From Hamiltosporidium tvaerminnensis FI-OER-3-3 (taxonomy: Eukaryota; Fungi; Microsporidia): DNA of 64,000 nt. Position numbers and translations under genes: made by a program. The notes below the pieces were generated by a model. That model was not told the DNA's origin. It made no database searches and was given only the letters and a program-made list of their open reading frames with translations. This document shows positions 26,376 through 39,649 of this stretch, in pieces. Position 1 is the first letter of the stretch; each line of letters opens with the position of its first letter. The DNA is taken from the NCBI GenBank assembly GCA_022605425.2, contig CM061248.1, positions 1,240,001-1,304,000 on the forward strand, written 5' to 3'.

Positions 26376-26975
26376 ATGTCAGCCATAATTGAAAAACCGT
26401 ATATTTGTTCGATTTGTTGCAAATCGTTTAGAAAACCATCAGAATTACTTCTACACACCAATATACACACAAACACACGTCCCTTTCAATGTAATCTATG
26501 CACAAAATCATATTTTACAAATAAACATCTAAAAGTACATCTCAAAACCCATACAGATTCAAAAGAACACACATGTCAATATTGCAATAAATCATTTTAC
26601 TTTCGTTTTGAACTTACTCGTCACTTACAAACACATAAAAAAAGCAAAAATATCGATTTTTCAGACACCGAATCTTCTTATTCTTCTATAAAAAGTAAAA
26701 CTTTAACTGAAGATAAAGCGAGTTATATTTGTAATATTTGTCATAAAAAATATGTAAGACATGAATATTTTCTTATTCATATTGAAAGACATAAGCGTAT
26801 CACATTTAAAGAGTATATTTGTACTTTTTGTAAAAAAATATTAAGTAACGGTAAATCACTTCGATCTCATATGAATGTTTTCCATATTAAAGGTAAAGAG
26901 TTCAAGTGTAAATGTGGTAAAGAATATGGATACAAAAGATTATTGGAATCGCATTCTAAAAACTGTAAAATTTAA
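26376..26975 (+). CDS. C2H2 zinc-finger protein (about six fingers), TFIIIA/Pzf1-like
   Basis: Repeated CxxC-x12-HxxxH. The first three fingers (KSFRKPSEL..H..RPFQC..C.KSY..HL..H..TH.D.K..C.YC.K..L.RH..TH) follow the fungal TFIIIA pattern as I recall it. CCC motif upstream of ATG 26376. Confidence 0.85.
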   Translation: MSAIIEKPYICSICCKSFRKPSELLLHTNIHTNTRPFQCNLCTKSYFTNKHLKVHLKTHTDSKEHTCQYCNKSFYFRFELTRHLQTHKKSKNIDFSDTESSYSSIKSKTLTEDKASYICNICHKKYVRHEYFLIHIERHKRITFKEYICTFCKKILSNGKSLRSHMNVFHIKGKEFKCKCGKEYGYKRLLESHSKNCKI

Positions 26976-27313
26976 GTAAAAAAATACAAGAATCTGTGAT
27001 AAAAAAATCAAAATATTAAATTTATATTTATAATTTTAAAATACGTTTTTCTTAATTCGATTGCTGGAATCATGATGAAATTGATTCATATTATTTATCT
27101 ACAAAAAATCCATAAAGAATTATTTAAAATTTTAATTAATAATTTGTTATTTAATCTACAAAAAATACTTTTCCAACGGTTTTTATTAAAATTATGATAG
27201 AAAATATAAATAAACAAACAATTTTAATTGTTAAAAATAACTGTTTTAGAACAATGATTTACTAATATATTTTGTTTTTTAATGTTTCTGATATATGAAC
27301 AAAATATAAATTA

Positions 27314-29069
27314 CTAGATTACCCGCTGGGCTTTGGTGAGAGTGAAAAAAAAGAAAATAGAAAATAATAAAATCTAAAGAACAAATTAAGTTTACTTAAA
27401 TTAAATATTATTTATTTATTAGAGTGTTTTTGGATATAAATATTTTTGTTTTTTGCATGTATGTATATACGAAAAAATCGGAAAGGTTTCCGATGAATGA
27501 AGTATAAACACAGAGTTGCCCATGTGAAGGTACACTCTAATCAAATCTATACTATACACCTGCATCTTTACTTCTGTACTTTGTTTGTTTTCCTTGCAAA
27601 TGTGAGTCGTAACGAAACTGTACACCTTTAGATGATCGATCTGGTGGAACCATTGAAATCGTGGCAACATAAAATCTCTACTTTATATTTATATTGAAAT
27701 TGTGGCTTCTTTGACATTTTTCATACGTCTAGTTTACCAAAGATCTCGTGTCTTTCCAAAGTGATGGAAGATTTATGTTTTAAAGAAGAATGATAAGCTT
27801 TTGATTTTCAATGTTAAGATGTGCGATATAATGCATGGTAAATCCGGTGAATTCAATAATTTAATTGGATAATTGATCTCATCTTGATTCACTAAACTAT
27901 AAATCAAATTATATGCGATGGATGTTTTCATTATCCATTTATATTTTGAAATTTGTGGGACACACACGTTATTGATAGAGGCTAATATAGCAAGTTCTTT
28001 GAGTCTATCATAATGTTTGTGATTTATACTGATATTTGCGAAAATGAATTCAAATTAATTCGACTTTAGTTGATGATATCTCACAAATGTTTGCTGGGAT
28101 TGTGATACATTGTGTAAATGTATTATTTATATCTTCCAATTCTTAATATCGGAATATAGTTTTGCGAACACTTTGTTAGATGATCAGTTTGCTGCTGAAC
28201 ACGGAGATTGGTCTAAAGTCTTTTTTTTGCATTCTGCGTATAAAAGTATGATTCCAGACGTGCTGCTTAGTTTATTGGTCGGCTTTGAAAGTGGAATCAC
28301 TAAAGAAGTTTGACGAAATAACTAGATAATAAATCAGGCCCGTATTAAATGCTTTTGCATCTCTCTTATGTCTTTTCTGTGTACCATCAAACAATTCCAG
28401 TATTTTTTATGGCTACTTACTTTTATCTCATAAAATACGTTTAGATGTTTAGAGAACTTAAATAATTTCGAATTGTTAGTAAAATCGCATGTCGTATTTT
28501 AATAGTTGGCAAATACAATTGAAATTCTAAGATTAAATTTGCTCTTTAACTACCAATAAAAAATTTTGCCACTGTTTCTTCAAAAAAAGGATAGAAAGGG
28601 ATAGATTAAAGATATAGAACAAATAAAATGCATTCTTTGTTTCTTTTATGATATAAACACGCACTTTTATTCATTACAGCATCAAATAACACCCTCTTCC
28701 ATATTTTTCTCAGTATTAACACCCTTTAACATACAACGCCTTCTCCCATATTTTCTTTTATATTAACACCCTCATCCATATCTATCATCACATTAACACC
28801 CTTTAATATAAAACACCTTATATTAACAACTCGTTAACCTAAATAGAAATCTACCAACACCCTTTAAACCTAATAAATAAGATTAAAACCTTTTAACATA
28901 CAACACACTATATTAACACCATTTAAATCCAACTAGGCTTACTAAGTTGTTTTAATAAAAACATCATAATAAAACCCTGTAGTTAATATACCTTTATAAT
29001 AAAATATACACCTCTTTATTTACTGTCATTGAACAGACATAACACATACATTCATTTATATATATTAGA
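27314..29069 (-). mobile_element. Non-autonomous Helitron relic carrying a decayed PIF1 helicase C-terminus
   Basis: 5' TCTAATATATATAAATGAATGTATG at 29069. GGTGTTAATA repeats at 28700-28920. Minus-strand fragments VNQDEINYPIKLLNSPDLP...HILTLKI, NVKEATI, MLPRF, SHGQL, YPKTL* match the Helitron PIF1 C-terminal motif order. 3' GCCCAGCGGGT hairpin followed by AATCTAG|T. Confidence 0.85.
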
Positions 29070-29502
29070 GGATATTTTAGAATCCTTTCAGGACAACTCC
29101 TCTCAAAATATTTAATTGATTCCAAAAATATAAGATAGAGCTAATAATGTTCTGACTGAAAATAGAAATTTAAATATTTGTTCATAATTCTTACGCAACG
29201 GATATTAAATAATATATAGAAGTAGAATATGAAACATCTAGAAATATTTATTAATTGCTTCTAAGAAATATTCGCACTAACTATTGTTAAATATCCTTTC
29301 TAAATTGTAGTACATCATAATACAATCAACTATAATATTTTTTTTAAATCTTTTAAGTTTAATCTTACTTCTAAAAAAAATATTGTTCGTTGTTTTTTTT
29401 AAGTAGATTTACTTATATATTATGAAATATATCATTATAAAAATTTGAAAGCTTTTTTCACAATTTATTTATATTTTTAATAATAATTACACAAAACAAA
29501 TA

Positions 29503-30246
29503 TTGTTTGAATAGTTTTTGTGGAGGGAGGATAACCACATAAAAAACTTTCTGCTTGGCAATGAGTGTGTGAAACTGGTGTGAGATCATTGTTTGGATTT
29601 TTGGTGGGAATAAAACCACACTACATCTTTGGTTGTTCCATGGGAGTTGTTATGAGGAGTAGAGGTCGAAGAAATGGAGAAACTTTTTCTACGAATTTAT
29701 TTGTAGTTTTTTATGTAACCAGATTGCAGACCGCAGCTGAACATGTAGGTAATTGTCATGTAAAAACATGGAAACCTAGCCCTGCTCACTCGGGTTAGAA
29801 GACTTAGCGCCTTGGAGATATAAAAATAAAAACCATTTAAAGCCAAGAGAGCTAAGTAGCAGGTTATACCTGTTGGTATGATATTGCACTGTCTAGGTGG
29901 ACCCATGTAAGTCTCTGAAATATATCTTAGCTAGAAGTTTATTGGGTTCAGAAAGGGTAGAGTAAGTAGGAATGCTGCATAGTCTTGGGGGAGCCCAGGG
30001 GGGCTTCGGCCTTAGATCACACTCCATGCAACGGACATTAACGAACTCCGGGCAACTGCCTCGCCTATTAATCAGGTTCTACATATCTGGTAGATGAAAG
30101 GCTTTGGGACGTAGGTATCGCAGGGGTTACCGATGGAGTGTTGGGGTAGCAGTTATTTATGTTAAACCTAGAACTGCGTTAATGTCATGAAAACAAATAT
30201 AACACTTGCCACTATTTTAAAAAAGATGTGATACTTTTAAATAAAG
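29503..30246 (+). repeat. Full-length copy of the ~700-bp dispersed family (copy A); candidate structured RNA/SINE-like element
   Basis: Near-identical to 47313-48040. GC visibly higher than flanks. No ORF longer than 77 codons. Ends TTTTAAATAAAG. Confidence 0.9.
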
Positions 30247-30949
30247 TAAAATTCATTGAGTGTTTATAGAGGGAGAAAAGAGAATATGAAAATGTGTGAA
30301 AATAGGTTTAACCTAGAAATTTATTCAGTGAAAAATGTGTGATTATTACCCTTTAATCTTTACCGAAAGTTTCATAGGATTTTCCAATTTTTTAGAAATT
30401 TTTAATTTGATATTTAAGCAATCTCACCAGTAAATTTAAGCACGATGAAGAAATTTATTGAAAAAAATAAAGAAATATTGACAAGAAGAGCAGACTTTAA
30501 AAGAGTGAATAATTATAATTGAAATTAATTTGATGTATAAAATATCATCTTAGACTAAATTTTTGCAAAAACTGATGGCATAAATCGCAAAATCAAGAAT
30601 TTTGACCTAATTTTATAGATAAAAATTTAAACAGAAGTAATTTTCAGAGTTAAAGCCGTAGAAAAAATGTGCTAGAATTATTGATTTTTCTTTGGATTCC
30701 TTTATATATATTATGAGATATTACAGCGGTTTTCTTTGCGTTCAACATTAAATATATCTTTGATTCAGATGGAAAATGTAAATATTTTTGAAACACTACA
30801 AAGTTACTAGAATATTTGGCTCCCAGGTATTGAAAAATCCGGAGATAACTATACGAGACACCCTATTTGGATTTTTAGATTTTTTGTATTTGCTACTTCT
30901 AATTGAATAAAATTCGAGACTTCAAAAAAATACTATACTTCCGGTCAAT

Positions 30950-31600
30950 GAATTATTGGGAATAAATATGTTAAAAATTAGAGTTGCCACTAATTTAAAA
31001 CTACAATTTTAGTTGAATAATGGAATTAATTATTTTTGTTTTAAAAAATTTATAAATAGATACCCTTACTGAAGCCTATGTTCTAACAAGTATCTCTAAA
31101 AATGTCAAAACAGAGTGACACAAAGTTCGAATTCTTGACCAATGAAACACATCGTATTTAAGAAATTGTTGGTTATTTTTTCTTTATGTGATAACCTGGG
31201 ATGATATTGTGACAAAATACCATAAGATGTATCTTGAAAGATTTCAAATACCAGTATGGAAAGTAAAGACATACCTTAAATCAATAGTTTTAAAAAAAAC
31301 ATTCGAAAAAATTTCTTTTGATCTACGAAGAAAATTTGAGTCGCCATCAAACAATTTTGAGATCTGCTAAGATATCCAAAAATTCTAATACACTCCTCAA
31401 ATAGCAAAAAATACATGTCACCGTTACAATACATCTAATAAAGAAATTATATCAATACAAACACCAAAATTATGTAATATAAAGGTATCAATAAACTGAC
31501 ATAAATCAAGATATTTGTTCCAAATCTTAGAGAAGATTATAATGTTAATAAAAGGTCAGATTGTTCAGAATTGTGGTAAAATTTAGGTGCAAAAAAAGTT
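30950..31600 (+). pseudogene. Old relic of an R4-like retrotransposon C-terminus (RLE endonuclease region)
   Basis: 31188-31330 encodes ITWDDIVTKYHKMYLERFQIP...LKSIVLKKTFEKISFDLRR, versus VMTWDGIVTKYHKTYVKRLQIP...IQSIVLKKTVETISFDRRR in 57392-61138. Outer boundaries approximate. Confidence 0.75.
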
Positions 31601-34373
31601 AAAAATAATTTCAAATTAAAATTATATTTGCTATTATAAATATTTATTTCAATAAATTTTTATCAAACAATATTAAATTATCTGATTAAATATATTGATG
31701 GTAATTGGGGTCAATATAAATAGAAAATTAGATCTTTTGTTTTTTTATGTTTGAGTTTTTTTTAATGATTTTACTTTACTAAAAAATAATTTATCACTTT
31801 ATATTTTTTCATCGAAGTTAGAGCACAATTTTAGAATTTTATTGTAGAACATGAATTTATATTACTGAAATAGATAATCTTAGTTTTTTAGCTATTTGTT
31901 AATGTCATTTAAAAAGAATAGATCAAATTAAGCAGCTGTCCTCAGTAAATAATAAACTTGAACATGTTTTATAATATTTTTAGAAAATTGTATATTTCAA
32001 AAGAGACGAAAAAATTTCAGCTTTTTTTCAGTATTTTGGTTTTGAAATCTTATTTTTAGTGTCAAACTTAAAAAATATTCCACATATTTAAACATCACCA
32101 AAAAAACTCAAAATCTATAGAAACATTTATTTATTTGATTATCGAAATGCACTTTTGCACTAGTTTTTTGTTTTAATTTTGATTTTTTTAGTAGTTTTTG
32201 GGTTGGATGCTTTACTTTATCAAAGCTATTTCCTGTATCTGAAGTTATCAGTTACTTATTTTTTGCTAAGAAATTAACTTTTTAAAAAATATTTGTTTCT
32301 ATATTTTCATCAGATTCATCTATCATTTTATTCAAAAATCGCTTTGCAAAAAACTCTAAATTTGGTTAAAAAAAAATCAAACCAGAGACCAGGGATAAAT
32401 CAGGCATATAATTTATGAATCAGAAGCGCTGATTATATCCTTCCAATTTCAGCTTATATTCTCGAAATACTTATAAACTTCTATGATCAAGTTCACATAA
32501 ACTTGACCGTTGTAATTAATATTCAAAAATTATTTAAATTTTCGGACAAAAACTGAAAAATTAATAGCAATCTTTATTATTGTACGATTTATTTTCTTTT
32601 TGTGACAAAGAATGAACTTGGAAACTAAATATTTCCTTCAATAACAAGTTTTAGTCGACTTTAATCAGGAGATAAGCTCTTGTATATGAGTAATTAAAAC
32701 ACTGTAAGAATCCCAAAAAAACATACTAATAAATTCTGACCAATCGTATAAAATCTATATCTGAAGCGTTGCAGATAAGTTTAACTAAATTGCAAATGGG
32801 TCTTCCACGCAGCCAATCCCTAATATTTTTACACATTTATTTTATAATGTTTTTAATATATTGATTCCTACTTATTTTCTACATTCTAAAGTTTAAATAC
32901 GTGTTTTTGATTCGAAAGCCAGCAAATTTATCTTGAATATGTAATTGTTTTAAGGATGTCAGTATTTCTATCTGAAAGTATCTAAAAACTTCGCTAGAAC
33001 AACTTAAATTAATAACTTAATATCTACTGCCGATCTTCTCTTATAATATGGAATGCAAAAAGATGTAAATTTTATTTTTGTAGTTGCGGGTCTCAACAAT
33101 TAAAGTTTAAAACTCTACATATCTCGATTCTTTAATCATTTTGTTTAAATCCAAGATGGTCTTATCTTAAATATGAATTTCTAGGTTTTTTTTCTTAAAC
33201 TTTGGCTTTTTTTAGCCAGTTTATAAGGAACTCTGTGGTTGAAAACTGTAAGTAGCATAGCTATGAAGCATTCGGGTGCTTCTACTTTTAAAAAATATAT
33301 AAATTTTTATCAGAAAATATATTTTTTAAACGAGAAGAGCTTCATATAATTGAAATATTTGTAAATATGACTTTTTTTGTTTCCGCTGTTTTTTAAGTGA
33401 TTAGTAACTTACAGTATCTTTCTACTTATTTGATTTAAGAAAAAAACTTTAGGATTATATTGTTTATGGCCAATCACACAGTTCCCAAATTTTACGTTTT
33501 TCTTTTATTTACTCGATAGCATACATTGGCTATTAGTCAATTTAATAATGACTGCTGCATGTTGAAAATATCTAACTTACAAAAGGTTTTGAATTGCTCC
33601 AAACACTAAAATATAAATAGAATAAGTGACTTAAATTTACAATAAGATCTCTATTTGTATAAGTAAGAGATATGACTTGCTAGGCGGTCTCTTTACACAT
33701 TACTATCAACTTAAAAAAAAATTAGCACAATTTCAGTATATTTGTTTAAAACCTCGCTGAGTTTCTATCTTTGAACATATTTTTGGAGAAGCATAATAAA
33801 TTTGAATAAAAATCAGTTAATTTAATCTCTTGAATATGCAATTTGAGATTTTATACAATATAAATATACGTAAACTAGCATAATGATATTATCAGAATAC
33901 GAATTCAGTATAAATCTATAATTCTTTAAAATCCTTACATCATTGCGAAAGCTACTGCTCAATTTATAAGAAAATGTTATTGTAAACTAAAATTTGATGT
34001 ATGAAATATACTATCTTATAAAACTGAAATATATCTTACAAAAAAAATATAATCTAAACTTCATAAAAATTTAATATATGATGATCTAATTTTTTTTTGC
34101 AATATACTATTTGGAAATAAATAATTGTTACTGTAATATAGATCTAGAAATTTTAAAATTTGAATATATATTATAAATCTATATTTTATAAATTAGATCT
34201 AGTAAGATCTAAAAATAACATTTATTTGAAATCTTGGGTCCAAAAAGGAAAATAAAATCTTGTTTATGTTCTAAATGACTTTAATTTGCTATGAAAGAAT
34301 ATATAAATACTTAAAGAGTGGTAAATATGTTGGAAGGATCAATGAAAGACCAATGTTTTATAAAAAAAATAAG

Positions 34374-36723
34374 ATGTATAACTTTTATGTTTCTTTTTTT
34401 ATATTTGCAGGTACTTTGCTTTCCAATGGGAAGAGAAATAATATTTCGTAAAGTTTCTAAGCCAGAAAAAACAAAATAAGAAATTAATCCGACAGAGGCT
34501 TTGATTTTTGCAATATAATATAAGCTACTTAAGTTTAATGTGAAAAAATATTGGAATAATGATGATTTAAGTGCGTTTTTTGAATTTGCTTATTCACAAG
34601 ATTTCATTACGTTGACAATTTTCGATATTAAAAAATTTCCATTGAATTTTAAGGATGATGGAATCAATGATAAATCTGAAAATATTGATGATCTACTTAA
34701 TGTTTTCAACATAGAAATTTTTGCAATCAAAAACTTTGAATTGTTTTTATCCACCTATTATTTACCGCAAAACAATGTGCTCATAAAAGACTTTTTAAAT
34801 TTTATATATTTATTCGAAATTATAGGCGTATGTTTTGATGACAGATTCGCTAAAATGATAGAAATACTCACGGCTTCTCTTTTGATTTCTGAAAATTTCG
34901 ACTCCTTTGACTTTAAAGAGAAAATTTTTAACCTTTTTCCAACTGATTTATTATCACGGGTATGTTCATTGTTTGTTTTTAAGAAATTAATCGATTTTCT
35001 TTTTACGGATTTTAAGTTTAATGATTCTGAGCGTTTTTATTGCTCAGACTATTTGTATTTACCAATTTTTATAAGAGAAAAATTCAAAAATAGAAATTGT
35101 AATAGTTTGCATTTAAATGAATTTTCTTTGCCTATTTCTTTTAATGAAGCGAAATATACCAGAATTCAAAAAAATATTATCTCTCTAATCCTTTATATTT
35201 TGAATTATAAAGTGGTTGAAATACAGCTTTCGTTCATAAAAAAACCTTCCGAGTTTATTCTTTCTTGTATCTCTATCAGTTGGTTCAATTGAAGATGTTA
35301 TTTTCAATCATTATGAAATTGAAAATTCATTTATCCAATTCTTAAATGAATGTTCATTTTTCAAAAAAGTTAAAAATTTATATATACTGAATACTAATAT
35401 AAGCGACGATATTATACCCAATCCAGTAAATTTAGTAAATTTGGAAACATTGACAATTTATGAACATGAAATTTTAAAATCAATACCTTGATGTGCAAAA
35501 AAGTTACAGAAATATTGAGAATTGCGATAGAAATGGAAAATAATCTTACATTTCCCTTTAATACGGAAACTCACTCGGAATATTCTGAAAAAGAGTATAA
35601 GATTAATTCGGGAAAATATAACCAGCTTATTCCGTCAAACATCTCCTTAAATACTGTATTAAATATATTCACTTCGGGTATTTACGAATATGGTATTTAT
35701 AAAATATATGGCGCGATATAAAACTATAAGCTTGTTGATATTTATTATTTAGAAATCAATAATTTAGAATTTGATACATTAGATTCTCTGAAAATTTTTG
35801 GGAATTTAACATAGAAATGATGCTTATCTCAAACTCTAAAATTAATAGTTCAATTTTGTCACGGATTTTAGAATTCAATTTTCTTAAAACTTTAAATTTT
35901 TTTAATAGAAAAATAGATTTTGACAAAAATGATTTAGAAGTTGATTGTAACACATCCATTACTAAATTCATATTCAGAAATTCTAAAATTCTTATTCCTG
36001 GAAACTTTTTAACTTTTTTAGAATCGATGAAAAATTTAGAAACCTTGATACTTTCATTTTATAATGGAACAATTGTACCAACAAAAAATGATTTTAATTT
36101 AATACCGAAAAAGATGTTAAAAATCTTGATATTTTTATGGACCCAACAATATTTACATCCATGAACTTATACTTTATCTACTCATTTTTAGTAACAGAAG
36201 CATTGATATTGAATTTTAAATATTTAAGAGAATTTCAACATGATTTTTCGAGACTTGTTTCTGATAATCTCAAGCAATTAGAGCTAAGATAAATATCTTT
36301 TGATGAAAATAATCGAGATGCATTAAAAAAGTTTATAAATATATGTCATATAAAGATATTCGACTGTTCATTCAAAATGATACATTTCCATGAACTATTT
36401 AGTCCTTATTTTAAATATAAGCTTGCCAAAATAGAGTTAAATGAACTTGAAATTACTATCGAAGATATCATATTTTTAAAGAAACTTGCATATCTTGAAG
36501 AATTGTCTTTTAAAAATTGTATTTTTGTGGAAAATTCTTATTCGTTTCTAACGAAAAGAAACTTTATGTCCTTAAAACATCTTGAATGTGATTCAGACTT
36601 TAATGATTTCGGTTTTGTAGTTTCAATTTAAGAAATATTATTATTTTTCTAATTACCGAATTTCCTAAAGAAATTTTTCGTTATGACGAATATTATTTGA
36701 CACACCGTATATTTAATAATTAA
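34374..36723 (+). pseudogene. Decayed leucine-rich-repeat family gene (family 2)
   Basis: Starts ATGTATAACTTTTAT (MYNFY, as at 15347). Fragments 34540-35292, 35488-35721, 35817-36164, 36377-36631 carry LRR units (LETLILSFYN, LAYLEELSFKNCIF). Confidence 0.8.
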
Positions 36724-36817
36724 AGAAATTGAATTGTATCGAGCTTACATGTTATAATAGCACTGATAATTTTTTATTATTTTATGTTTAATTCCTTTCA
36801 GATGCTTTTATACAAGA

Positions 36818-38591
36818 TTTATTTAATAAAATTCTGGGTTAAAATATTTTTTACCATTTTTACATATTTTCTTCTACCTCTTTAACCACTTTTGTCTCTT
36901 CTTCCAAATCCGACTCTTTATTTATGTTATTGGTCGGTTCCTCTAAAGTGGTTCCTCCTTGTGAAATAAGGGGTGTATTATTTTTTGGTTTTAAAATTTT
37001 AACACCATCTTCCTCTCTTTTCGCTTCTTTTAAAGGGGGTATTGGTTCCTCATGCATCTCTGATCTCATAATAACACCCATTGACGCTCTCTCCCAGCTC
37101 TCTTCGGCATTTAATCCTGACTCAAGTCCTCTTCGTCGATCAAAGGAAATTGTTTCGACTGTCTTTTTAAGTACTATAGACTGAATGTATGCTTCTACAT
37201 TCATGGGTATTTCTAGTCTTTTAAGATGAGATTTATGGTATTTTGTCACAATACCGTCCCAGGTCATCACATAAGGGATTATCTCAACACTACACCTATA
37301 AATAAGACCCAACTCATTGGCTAGCAGGTCATACTTCCTAAGTTTTTCAGTTTCAACTATTTGAAGTGAATCTTGGGAAGTGATTCCTACTTCAATGAGT
37401 GTTATCTTATTCTTCTTCTTATCTAAAATAAATATATCCGGTCTGTTATTCCGAATTTTAACATCAGTTTTAATTCTGGTGTCCACTCTTATCTCTGCAT
37501 ACTCATTATCAAGAATTTCTTGAACTGAGTGGCTCCTTATTCGTTTTAAGGACTTAAACTTATATCTATTTAAGAGAAGTAGGTGTAGGCATCTAACCAC
37601 TTCATTATGCCGTCTGGTATAGTCATGACCTAGCATTTTTTCACATATAGTTGCTAGATGATCCACAGTCTTACCAGACTTCCCGCAATGTTGACACACA
37701 CCATCTGCTCCCCAGAATACATTTCTATCCTGGATATAGCAGAAAACAGCTTCATTTCGTGGCCTAATATTTCCTCTCTTTAGCCATCTTGAAGAGTCAC
37801 TAACACTCACAAGCTCATTTTTTCTTGCATTATATAACTTTGAATGGAGTTTTCGTTTTTCTATTTCGTTATATAGTTTTGCAAGTTGAGATTCTTCTAA
37901 ACTTTTCTTAGTGACTTCTTCTACCAACCTGTACTTTACTTTTAAGAAGCCTTTTATTAGTGCAAGATGGGTTTTATTATTATTCTCCACCTTGAGGATT
38001 GCTGCTCGTCTAGTTGATATTTCTTTACTTTTTTTCCAGACAATCCAAGAGTTGCAGAAGCATATGTTCGCTTCGCAACTCAACACTATGTAGGCCTCTT
38101 CCAAGTTCTGTTCTAGGAAGATACAACCGCTCTTTACATCCTGGGCGGAGATGTATCTTATTTTTAACCAACACCGCACGCACTGCATCATCTAACTTAG
38201 AGAAGTCAGCCGGTTCAAGTCGAAGTACTCCTATGTGGTAGTTGATTAACGATATCGCATGTTGATTGATTGCAGAAAATAAATTTTTTGCATTTAATCT
38301 AGTGTGACAAAGTCTTTCAACTCTTGATATAAGTTTGCTCTGTACTTCTTCAAATGAGCTACGTGTTGGGATTCCTCTGCTATCTTCTATTATTCCTAAA
38401 TATTTGTAAACAATAACACCTTCTAGAAGAGTAGCAGTATCTTCAAAACACGTATCATTTGTTGCTAACCTCTTTGTTAATCTCTAAGCCAATCACCTCT
38501 AAAAATTCCTTTGCCTCGCCTGTCATAGCACTCAATGTGGAGCTGTCTTTTGCAAGGAGCTTAAGATCATCAATAAACAAGAGATAATTAG
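36818..38591 (-). mobile_element. 5'-truncated, frameshifted R4-like non-LTR retrotransposon (same subfamily as 53539-57282)
   Basis: Reverse complement is near-identical to ~55509-57282. Includes the LFIDD region, CQHC..DH..C knuckle, RHN, RPD..IEV..K endonuclease and the 3' AACCCAGAATTTTATTAAATAAA. No TSD found. Confidence 0.95.
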
Positions 38592-39649
38592 TTAAAAATA
38601 TATTTTTTTATATTTAATTCTTTAGATTACCACACGGTTACATATTGTGTTTCGTTTATTTTTTTTAATAATATATTTCGAGTCACAAAATTCGGTCATA
38701 AGATAGAACAGAATGAAAACATTCTTCTTATCAGTGTTCATTTAGTTGTTTGCCATGTGAATATATATGTAGTGTATATATGCTCCTTGATGTATTGCAC
38801 TATATTTAAATTGCTTAGATTGTACAAATATGGTTGATTCCACTTGGAACACTAAATGGAAAAAAACACGGATCTGAATATCATTTTATATTATGAAATG
38901 TACATAAAAATCTTATTTATTAATTTATACCAAAGAATATTCCTCAATATTTACTATTTTAAAAAGCTTGATTTCTAAGTATTTTATCTTATTTAAAATA
39001 AATAAAGTATAGTAGTCTATGACAGAGCTCCTAAATATTCAATGTATCTGTTATGAACTGCTCCTAAAATCGAATAAAAAAACTGATTAACCGGTATAGA
39101 TAAAAACACTTTGTTTAAAAACGAATTTTTATATAAATATCTTCTCGCGGCTTGTTCCCTGCTCTGTTTGTTTGGATCTTTTTATAACCAAAAAAAATGT
39201 AATTATTTTATATCACTCGTTTATATGTTCCATACAAATGTTTTATGTTAGATTCTGGGTATATAAACGTATAATTATATAATTTACCAGTTAAAAGATT
39301 TTTTTTTAATTTTTTCTCAGAGAATATAATTATATTTAATATCTTAGAAATTAATTAATAACTAAAAATGGAATCAAATGATTTAATTAAATGGTGAAAT
39401 AATTATATATTTTTTACAACTAAAACTACAAAAGATAGTTCAAAAATCCTTTATAACGTATTTTCTTTTCATATAAAGTTCTCATTTTAATGGCAAATAT
39501 AAAATTAGTGAAAGAAAAGGTATATAAACTCATCGCTTTTACTCTAAACATATCAAACCCTGATATATACTTATTTATTTACTAGCCGGTGAAATTGTCA
39601 TAATTATATTTCAGGATCGAATGTTGGGCTTTAATACTCATAGAAAATA

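Noticed and set aside
29720-30000. Group I intron-like words (CCGCAGC, GGTTCAGA, CATAGTC) in the 700-bp element
   Set aside because: No properly placed GACTA partner for P7, and copies do not interrupt a conserved host gene.
36771-38627. TSD for the minus-strand retrotransposon copy
   Set aside because: The expected 13-mer is absent at the 5' junction. The loose TTTAT.TTTAATTC.TT.AGAT similarity does not abut the 3' end and is low complexity.
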